Below are positions 8,391 to 14,489 of a stretch of DNA of 14,489 nt, piece by piece. Source of the stretch: Pseudobdellovibrionaceae bacterium (lineage in GTDB: Bacteria; Bdellovibrionota; Bdellovibrionia; Bdellovibrionales; Bdellovibrionaceae); contig JBGGMM010000172.1 in NCBI GenBank assembly GCA_041288045.1, forward strand, positions 1-14,489, in the 5' to 3' direction. Each line of letters begins with the position of its first letter. The stretch's first letter is position 1. The notes below the pieces were generated by a model. It was not told the origin of the DNA, did not search any database, and worked only from the letters and a program-made list of their open reading frames with translations. The translations under genes were made by a program, and so were the position numbers.

Positions 8391-9317
8391 ACGTTTCTTG
8401 GAATAGCCTTTTCCCCATTTTCTCGCTCCCGGTAAGCAAGCGAAGAGAAATGGCAAAAGCAGACGCCGTGGAGAAATTCTTCGCACATAATAAAAAATCC
8501 AAGCATCCAAAGTGGCCGGGATCCAAAGCGGTGGGCGCTCGGTTTGGATCGTCCTGAGGATCAGATTGGCAATTTTTTGAGGGTTGGAAAAAGAAAGCCG
8601 CATCATCTTTTCAACAAACGGGGTCATATGAGAATAATAATCCTGATAGGGACCGGACTTGGAAAGCTTGGGATCTGAGAGGACCGTGTAGTGCACGTTA
8701 TGAAAAGAACTGGAGCGAATAAATCCAGGTTGTATCAGAGAAATATCAATTCCCAGTGGTTTGCACTCATACCAGAGAGCCTCGCAAGCTCCTTCCAGGG
8801 CATATTTTGAAGCGCTGTAAGAGGCCATTGTCGGCATTGCCAACATTCCGCTCACCGACGAAACACAGATAATTTTTCCGCGACCTTGGGTGCGCATAAA
8901 GGGTAAAACCAATCGGATGAGCCCCATTGGACCGAAATAATTGGTGGCCATTTGCTTGGTTTCATCGGTGTCTGTCATGTGCTCCACAACTGAGCGATAG
9001 GAAATGCCGGCATTGTTGATCAGGATATTGACTCCGCCCCACTTACTGTTGATTTCATCAATCAGAGTTTCCCGCCCATAAGACGAAGTCACATCCAATT
9101 GACGGATCCAAAATCGATCGTCTTCAACAAACTCTCTTTTTAATTTTTCCAGCGAATTTTCTCGAGCCGTAATCACAACTCGGTAATGGGAATGACGATA
9201 AAGGATTTTTGCCAAGGCCCAGCCAATTCCAGAGCCACAGCCAGTGACCAGCACCACAGGTTTGAACTCCTGCTGACCTTTTTTCCGCTGGATCCGATAG
9301 ACCAACCATCGAAGCAT
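8376..9317 (-). CDS. Short-chain dehydrogenase/reductase (classical SDR)
   Basis: 313 aa with TGCGSGIG (TGxxxGxG), NNAG, catalytic Ser (VSSVSG) and YSASK (YxxxK). SD AAGGGGA upstream; 15-bp convergent overlap with the 7848-8390 ORF. Confidence 0.93.
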   Translation of the reverse strand: MLRWLVYRIQRKKGQQEFKPVVLVTGCGSGIGWALAKILYRHSHYRVVITARENSLEKLKREFVEDDRFWIRQLDVTSSYGRETLIDEINSKWGGVNILINNAGISYRSVVEHMTDTDETKQMATNYFGPMGLIRLVLPFMRTQGRGKIICVSSVSGMLAMPTMASYSASKYALEGACEALWYECKPLGIDISLIQPGFIRSSSFHNVHYTVLSDPKLSKSGPYQDYYSHMTPFVEKMMRLSFSNPQKIANLILRTIQTERPPLWIPATLDAWIFYYVRRISPRRLLLPFLFACLPGARKWGKGYSKKRSGAV

Positions 9318-9334
9318 TCAATCCCCTTAGTATG

Positions 9335-9363
9335 ATTCTCACTAATTTCGGAGGTATGTGCAA
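9335..9363 (-). promoter_or_regulatory. Putative sigma70 promoter for the SDR gene
   Basis: Minus strand TTGCAC (9363-9358), 17-bp spacer, GAGAAT (9340-9335), upstream of the SD and ATG 9317. Confidence 0.35.
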
Positions 9364-9381
9364 TCTGGCAGTTCAAATGGA

Positions 9382-9608
9382 TGGGAGCAGTTCGGTGAAT
9401 AAATGCTGCAGCGTTTTCTGAACGCCTTGACGAATGTTTCGTTCAAGCACTCTGACTATCGTCGGCCCATAGGCAGACGATAAGGCGAGCAAAGAAAACG
9501 TTCTTCCTTTGGTCCACTTGCCCGTCGGCCACGATGGCCGTCTGGGAGCCTTCACATGGACGGACGCACGAACGTTTACCACCGGCACCGCTGTGCTCGA
9601 GACTCCCA
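9382..9608. other. ~227-bp self-complementary structured non-coding element (MITE/REP-like repeat or ncRNA)
   Basis: Terminal pairing TGGGAG (9382-9387) / CTCCCA (9603-9608), several nested long-range pairings and 3-4 internal hairpins (details in findings). It begins 2 bp past the cdd stop codon. Confidence 0.55.
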
Positions 9609-9610
9609 AA

Positions 9611-10018
9611 TCAAACTTTCAAATGAGAAGATTGGAAAGCGTCTGGAAAAAGATCCCCGAATTTCAAACTCCGCTGAATCCCATGGATATTGGCCAAATG
9701 CACTCGGGTCGAGTCATTGGCAAATTCAGAAATCACTTGTCGGCAAAATCCACAGGGCGGCCAAGCCACATCCTGATCGGTGACGACAACCAGATCCTGA
9801 ATTTGCAAGGAGCCCTTTTCACTGACGGCTTTCCAAATGGCCACACGTTCGCCACAGACAGTTCCGCCGTAAGAGGCGTTTTCGATATTGCATCCTGAAA
9901 AGACAAGGCCGTCTGAAGTCCGCAGTGCCGCTCCGACTTTGTGTTTAGAATAAGGAGAATGAGAATTTTTCCTGGCTTCAACCGCTTTGGCGTGCAGTTC
10001 AGCGAGTGAAGTTGTCAT
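9611..10018 (-). CDS. cdd: Cytidine deaminase, homotetrameric (short) type
   Basis: 135 aa with SPYSKHKVGAAL, GCNIENASYG, C-x-E (CGER) and PCGFCRQ zinc motifs; 4-bp ATGA overlap with maf. Confidence 0.95.
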   Translation of the reverse strand: MTTSLAELHAKAVEARKNSHSPYSKHKVGAALRTSDGLVFSGCNIENASYGGTVCGERVAIWKAVSEKGSLQIQDLVVVTDQDVAWPPCGFCRQVISEFANDSTRVHLANIHGIQRSLKFGDLFPDAFQSSHLKV

Positions 10019-10623
10019 GCTTTGAAACTCCCTGGAATGCTATAGCCAAGATCGCTCAAAAGCTGAGTCAGTCGAATCAGGGGCACACCCTCAATCGCTG
10101 AAAAATCCTGACTGCGAACTTGCTTGAGTAGCACCAGCCCTGATTTTTCAATTTTATAAGAACCAGCGCAATCAAAAGGTTCATCCCTTTTTAAATAGGC
10201 TTCGATTTGCTCGGAGGTCAGCTTTCGCATTTCAATTTCAGTGACATCCAAAATCGCATGAGGCTGTCCTTTATTGATCACATGCACAGACGTGATCAAA
10301 CGGTGAGTAGAGCCCTGCATTTTTTGAAGTTGTGCGAAGGCGTTTTCAAAAGTCAGTGGTTTTCCCAGAATTTCACTTCCGAAAGCGACGACTTGGTCCC
10401 CGCCAATCACGCAGTTGTCCGGTTGAGACAAGCTTTGAGCTTTGGCTTGAGCCAAAGTAGAGGCCAATTCAATCGGATCGCGGATTTTTCCCTTGAGGGC
10501 TTCTTCGTCGCATTTGGGAGCTTGAAAAATGAAAGGAAGGCCTAATTTTTCAATCAGCTCTTTTCGGTAGGGGGAGGTGCTGGCCAAGACTAATTGCGTC
10601 ACGGGTTTCTCTGATGATTTCAT
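10015..10623 (-). CDS. maf: Maf family nucleoside triphosphate pyrophosphatase, YceF-like (m7GTP-type signature)
   Basis: 202 aa with LVLASTSPYRKEL, AKAQS, IGGDQV, ILGKP and CAGSYKIE. The aromatic/Q/E pattern (SPYR, DQV, KIE) matches the YceF subtype rather than YhdE (SPRR, DT, IQ). Confidence 0.92.
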   Translation of the reverse strand: MKSSEKPVTQLVLASTSPYRKELIEKLGLPFIFQAPKCDEEALKGKIRDPIELASTLAQAKAQSLSQPDNCVIGGDQVVAFGSEILGKPLTFENAFAQLQKMQGSTHRLITSVHVINKGQPHAILDVTEIEMRKLTSEQIEAYLKRDEPFDCAGSYKIEKSGLVLLKQVRSQDFSAIEGVPLIRLTQLLSDLGYSIPGSFKA

Positions 10624-10671
10624 AAATGGATTTCCTGAACTTTCTGGAATTTCTGCAGTCCCTGAAGGATT

Positions 10672-10688
10672 TTGATAATTATTCTCAA
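10672..10688. promoter_or_regulatory. Fur-type operator (7-1-7 inverted repeat) in the maf/folE2 divergent intergenic region
   Basis: TTGATAAT-T-ATTCTCAA is an 8-1-8 inverted repeat with one mismatch. Its core TGATAATTATTCTCA differs from the Fur consensus TGATAATnATTATCA at one base. A Fur-family gene lies in the downstream operon. Confidence 0.75.
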
Positions 10689-10733
10689 GAAAAACGAGCC
10701 ATGCTCCCTGATTTCAGGTAAAAGGGGCCACCT

Positions 10734-11678
10734 ATGATGCATGATCGAGATCCTCAAATGAAACTTCCTGATATTGCCAGTGACAGACCTGAATTGTCCT
10801 TGGCCGGTGCATTGGATTGGGTGGGAATGAGAGGGATTGAAGTCCCTATTTTTCTTTTGGATCAAGAAGGTCACCTCTATCGGACGGCGGCTCGGGCCAG
10901 CACTTTTGTGAGTCTTGAAAATCAAGATTCACGGGGAATTCATATGAGCCGGCTTTTCAAAGACTTGCAAGCAGAACTTGGCCGTTCGCCATTGGATTTT
11001 CCTTTAATGGCTGGGGTTTTGGACCAGTTTCTGTCTTCTCACGAGGGGCTTTCGCAAAAAGCCAAACTGGAAGTTGAATTTCAAGCTTTAGCAGAGCGAA
11101 AAGCCTTGAAATCAGACAACAAAGGCTGGCGGACCTATCCAGTCAAAATGTCAGCAAGCCTGCAAAAAGCAAAAGAGCCTCGGTTTTACCTGGAAACTCT
11201 TGTGACTTATTCAAGCACTTGCCCAGCTTCGGCGGCTCTTTCGCGACATTTGATTCAGGAAAATTTCAAGAATCATTTTCGCGGCCAGGATTTGGATTTT
11301 AAAGATGTTTATGATTTTTTGGGGACCACCCACGGAATTATAGCCACACCTCATGCGCAAAGAAGCCAGGCGAGAGTGAAAGTGGAAATCAACCCTACGG
11401 ATGGATTTAATTTTGATCAACTGATTGGGCTTGTGGAAGAGGCCTTGCAAACTCCTGTTCAGACTTTAGTGAAAAGAGAAGATGAACAAGAATTCGCTCT
11501 GCGAAATGGTCAAAACCTCATGTTTTGCGAAGATGCCGCCCGCCGAGTGCAGGCGATCTTCATGCAAGAGCCATCAATTTTAGATTTTATTGCTCAAATG
11601 AGTCATTTGGAAAGCCTGCACCCTCACGATGCTGTGAGTGTCGTGAGCCGAGGGCTTGAACTGCATAGCTTTGAATAA
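10734..11678 (+). CDS. folE2: GTP cyclohydrolase IB (zinc-independent FolE2)
   Basis: 314 aa with LDWVGM, RGIHMSRL, YSSTCPAS, ATPHAQRS, KREDEQEFA, NLMFCEDAAR and ESLHPHDA motifs; SD AAGGGG upstream. Confidence 0.95.
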   Translation: MMHDRDPQMKLPDIASDRPELSLAGALDWVGMRGIEVPIFLLDQEGHLYRTAARASTFVSLENQDSRGIHMSRLFKDLQAELGRSPLDFPLMAGVLDQFLSSHEGLSQKAKLEVEFQALAERKALKSDNKGWRTYPVKMSASLQKAKEPRFYLETLVTYSSTCPASAALSRHLIQENFKNHFRGQDLDFKDVYDFLGTTHGIIATPHAQRSQARVKVEINPTDGFNFDQLIGLVEEALQTPVQTLVKREDEQEFALRNGQNLMFCEDAARRVQAIFMQEPSILDFIAQMSHLESLHPHDAVSVVSRGLELHSFE

Positions 11679-11687
11679 GGACAGATC

Positions 11688-12203
11688 ATGGAAACATTGA
11701 TGAAAGAACTGACGAAAATTCCGACTCTTCCGCGCAGCCATTCGGAAGAGAAAATCATCAAGCGCGAGCGATTGGATGAAAAAGCTTTCAAGCAAATGAT
11801 TCGCGCCATGAATCTCAAAGTTACGGATCAGAGGCTGACGATTTTAGAGTCTTTGCACGAAGGCCGGGCGCATGTCAGTGCTCAAGAGGTCTTTGAATCG
11901 GTGAGTGAGCGGTTTCCTGAAATGGGATTTGCCACAGTCTATCGATTTTTGCGAACTCTCACTGAAAATGGATTCGTCACCGAAGTCCGCATGGGGGGGC
12001 TGCCAGCTCGCTATGAGCTCACTCCCAAATCTCACCATGATCACCTGACCTGTGTGGCCTGTGGAAAAATCTGCGAATTTGAAAACTCACACATTGAACA
12101 GCTGCAAGAAAAAGTCGCCAAGCAGTTTGGCTTTAAACTGACCTCCCACGTGCTTGAGCTCTATGGCATTTGTCCGGATTGCCAAAAGCGCCAGACGAAA
12201 TAA
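11688..12203 (+). CDS. fur: Fur-family transcriptional regulator (Fur/Zur/PerR family) with an N-terminal extension
   Basis: 171 aa with LKVTDQRLTIL, HVSAQEV, GFATVYRFLRTL, HHDHLTCVACG (CxxC) and C-terminal YGICPDC. It starts 9 bp after folE2 with SD AAGGA. Metal specificity cannot be fixed by eye. Confidence 0.88.
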   Translation: METLMKELTKIPTLPRSHSEEKIIKRERLDEKAFKQMIRAMNLKVTDQRLTILESLHEGRAHVSAQEVFESVSERFPEMGFATVYRFLRTLTENGFVTEVRMGGLPARYELTPKSHHDHLTCVACGKICEFENSHIEQLQEKVAKQFGFKLTSHVLELYGICPDCQKRQTK

Positions 12204-12273
12204 GATAGAAATTGATGCGCCTTGCTCAAATGCCATCGCCCATTGTCGTCTCTCAAAGCGGGTTGCATTCAAG

Positions 12274-12302
12274 GTGACAGTTTGAGGCTTTTTTGCGATT
12301 CT
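12274..12302 (+). promoter_or_regulatory. Putative sigma70 promoter that may give a leaderless uvrA mRNA
   Basis: GTGACA (12274-12279), 17-bp spacer, TGn-GATTCT (-10 at 12297-12302), then 7 nt to ATG 12310; no SD upstream of the ATG. Confidence 0.4.
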
Positions 12303-12309
12303 GCGCCGT

Positions 12310-14489
12310 ATGGCTGATGACTTTGACGGAATTATTATAAAGGGAGCTCGCGAGCACAATCTTCGTGACCTCAATTTAAAAATCCCTCGCAATAAAATCA
12401 CTGTGATCACAGGACTGAGCGGGAGCGGAAAATCCTCTCTGGCTTTTGACACCATCTATGCGGAAGGGCAAAGGCGCTATGTCGAAAGCCTTTCGGCCTA
12501 TGCCAGAAATTTTCTGGAGCAAATGAAAAAACCCGAGGTTGATTCAGTCACGGGCTTGAGTCCCGCCATTGCTATCGATCAAAAGTCAGTCAGCACCAAT
12601 CCCAGATCAACAGTCGGAACGGTCACCGAAATTTACGACTATCTTCGCCTGCTCTTTGCCAAGATTGGTGTGCCAGAATGTCCAACTCATAAAATTCCAG
12701 TGAGCAGTCAGACTCCTCAACAAATTCTTGAAGATGTCTTGAAAAAAGAAAATGGCCATAAATTTTATCTCCTCGCTCCAATGGCTCAGGGGAAAAAAGG
12801 TGAATTTTTAGCCGAGTTCCAGCGCTGGGCCCGCAAGGGTTTTGTCAAAGCCAAAGTCGACGGCAAATTCATTGACCTGGAGTCAGCACAAAAGTTGGCA
12901 AAGACTCGAGCTCATGACATTGATCTGGTGGTGGATCAGTTGGTTCTCAAAGACAATGTCAGATTGAGACTTGCGGAAAGTATCAACACAGCTCTTTCGA
13001 TGGCCGATGGCCGCTTGGTGATTGAAAGCACGGCGGGCGATCGAACCGCTTATTCTCTCCATTCCGCCTGTCCGATTTGTGGCTATGGCTTTCCCGACCT
13101 AGAACCCAGGCTTTTTAGTTTCAACAATCCTCGTGGAGCTTGTGAGACTTGCAATGGACTGGGGACTTTGGACTTGGTCGAAGAAGAGCAATACTCTTAT
13201 GGTGATGATGGCAAGGTCCTTGAGAAAATTCGCTATCGCTACAAAGATGAAAAGAAAATTTCTGAAGATGACGAAGAGTCTGAAGATTTGGATCTTTCAA
13301 TCTGTCCCACTTGTCACGGGACTCGATTGAAAGAAGATGCGCTCAATATCAAAATTCAAAAAGCCAATATCGCTGAGCTTGCTGATCTCAGCTGCACGGA
13401 ATTGCGCGATTGGACGGCAGGACTTGAAACCAAAGCCAAAGAGCAGCTGATTGCCGATAAAATCAAAAAACAGATTCTTTCTCGCTTGGATTATATGATC
13501 CGCGTGGGAACAGGTTACCTTTCCCTCAATCGCTCTTCTCGCACTCTCTCTGGCGGTGAAGCGCAGAGAATCCGTTTGGCGACGCAAGTGGGATCTTCCT
13601 TGATCGGCTGCTTGTATGTGATGGACGAGCCTTCCATTGGACTGCATCCCAGGGACCATCATCGACTTTTGCAAATCATTGGTGAATTGAAGGATCGTGG
13701 AAACACGATCCTTTTGGTCGAACATGACGAAGACACCATGCGCTTTGCGGATTATTTGATCGACCTGGGGCCACGAGCTGGAAAGCTCGGTGGGCAATTG
13801 ATGGCCGAGGGCACTCCTGAAGAAGTTGAGAAAAATCGAAACTCGATGACCGGCCGCTATTTGAGCGGTGAACTTCGCATTCCGACTCCGACCACAAGGC
13901 GAAAAGGGAATGGACATAAAATCCGCGTTTTTGGAGCGAATGGCAATAACCTGCAAGATGTGGATTTGGAAATTCCGCTTGGAACTTTCACCTTAGTGAC
14001 TGGTGTTTCAGGCAGTGGCAAATCGACATTGATCATCGACACGCTTTACAAAATTCTGGCGCAAAAATTTTATGATAATTCTTCGCAGCCTTCGCCTTAT
14101 AAAAAAATCGAGGGGTTGGAGAATCTGGACAAGGTGATTGATATCAATCAAAGGCCAATTGGGCGAACTCCGCGGTCAACACCTGCGACCTATGTAGGGC
14201 TATTTCCGTTGATTCGCGATCTTTTCGCTGCTTTGCCAGAATCCAAGCTTCGCGGTTACACTCCGGGTCGCTTCAGTTTCAATGTCAAAGGCGGCCGTTG
14301 TGAAACCTGTCAGGGGCACGGACAGATCCGGATGGAAATGCACTTTTTGGCCGACGTCTTTGTTCAATGCGATGTTTGCAATGGCGCTCGTTACAATCGA
14401 GAGACTTTGGCCATTAAATACAATCACAAATCCATTGCCGATGTTTTGGCCATGAGTGTGGAAGAAGCTCTGGAGTTTTTCAAAAACCA
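12310..14489 (+). CDS. uvrA: Excinuclease ABC subunit UvrA (partial; runs off the window and is absent from the ORF track)
   Basis: Manual translation from ATG 12310 gives MADDFDGIIIKGAREHNL...VITGLSGSGKSSLAFDTIYAEGQRRYVESLSAYAR...NPRSTVGTVTEIYDYLRLLF...TLSGGEAQRIRLATQVG...MDEPSIGLHPRD...VTGVSGSGKSTL...PIGRTPRSTPATY...FSFNVKGGRCETCQGHG. Confidence 0.98.
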   Translation, partial: MADDFDGIIIKGAREHNLRDLNLKIPRNKITVITGLSGSGKSSLAFDTIYAEGQRRYVESLSAYARNFLEQMKKPEVDSVTGLSPAIAIDQKSVSTNPRSTVGTVTEIYDYLRLLFAKIGVPECPTHKIPVSSQTPQQILEDVLKKENGHKFYLLAPMAQGKKGEFLAEFQRWARKGFVKAKVDGKFIDLESAQKLAKTRAHDIDLVVDQLVLKDNVRLRLAESINTALSMADGRLVIESTAGDRTAYSLHSACPICGYGFPDLEPRLFSFNNPRGACETCNGLGTLDLVEEEQYSYGDDGKVLEKIRYRYKDEKKISEDDEESEDLDLSICPTCHGTRLKEDALNIKIQKANIAELADLSCTELRDWTAGLETKAKEQLIADKIKKQILSRLDYMIRVGTGYLSLNRSSRTLSGGEAQRIRLATQVGSSLIGCLYVMDEPSIGLHPRDHHRLLQIIGELKDRGNTILLVEHDEDTMRFADYLIDLGPRAGKLGGQLMAEGTPEEVEKNRNSMTGRYLSGELRIPTPTTRRKGNGHKIRVFGANGNNLQDVDLEIPLGTFTLVTGVSGSGKSTLIIDTLYKILAQKFYDNSSQPSPYKKIEGLENLDKVIDINQRPIGRTPRSTPATYVGLFPLIRDLFAALPESKLRGYTPGRFSFNVKGGRCETCQGHGQIRMEMHFLADVFVQCDVCNGARYNRETLAIKYNHKSIADVLAMSVEEALEFFKN

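Noticed and set aside
9373..9609. 78-aa minus-strand ORF following cdd
   Set aside because: TTG start, no recognisable motif, and it coincides with the fold-back element, which explains the sequence better. Not fully excluded.
9372..9625. TTCAAATG direct repeat (9372-9379 and 9618-9625) as a target-site duplication of the structured element
   Set aside because: The right copy lies inside the cdd coding sequence and is not flush with the element end; an AT-rich 8-mer can recur by chance.
9509..9898. 129-aa plus-strand ORF
   Set aside because: It is antisense to the well-supported cdd; shadow ORF.
12251..12294. CTCAAA...TTTGAG followed by a T-run as an intrinsic terminator after fur
   Set aside because: The stem is short and AT-rich with a long, weakly paired loop, and it overlaps the predicted uvrA promoter; too weak to call.
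13297..13956. 219-aa minus-strand ORF and other small ORFs in 12087-14427
   Set aside because: They are antisense or out-of-frame shadows of uvrA (and fur).
1..14489. CRISPR array, tRNA/rRNA, transposase, integrase or defence genes
   Set aside because: No regularly spaced repeats, RNA-gene signatures or catalytic motifs were seen. The 'recombinase' label on the Gcr family is not evidence of a mobile element.

Overview
This looks like a core-chromosome segment, with gene order and content suggesting a Bdellovibrionota-like bacterium (inference). The minus strand carries an elongasome operon without mreB (mreC-mreD-mrdA-rodA), followed closely by a Gcr/'site-specific recombinase'-family membrane protein gene. 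That gene is interrupted by two in-frame stops, but its conserved reading frame continues off the left edge. Divergently, a PpiD/SurA-type parvulin chaperone gene is followed with no gap by a 180-aa ORF resembling a degenerate QueD/PTPS. Next come an SDR oxidoreductase, a ~230-bp highly structured non-coding element, cdd and a YceF-type Maf (genes on the minus strand). A near-perfect Fur-type box precedes a folE2 + Fur-family operon. Finally, a uvrA missing from the ORF track runs off the right edge; it keeps the UvrB-binding domain but appears to lack most of the insertion domain. I saw no CRISPR, tRNA/rRNA or transposase. All family calls come from motif recognition by eye, not database searches.
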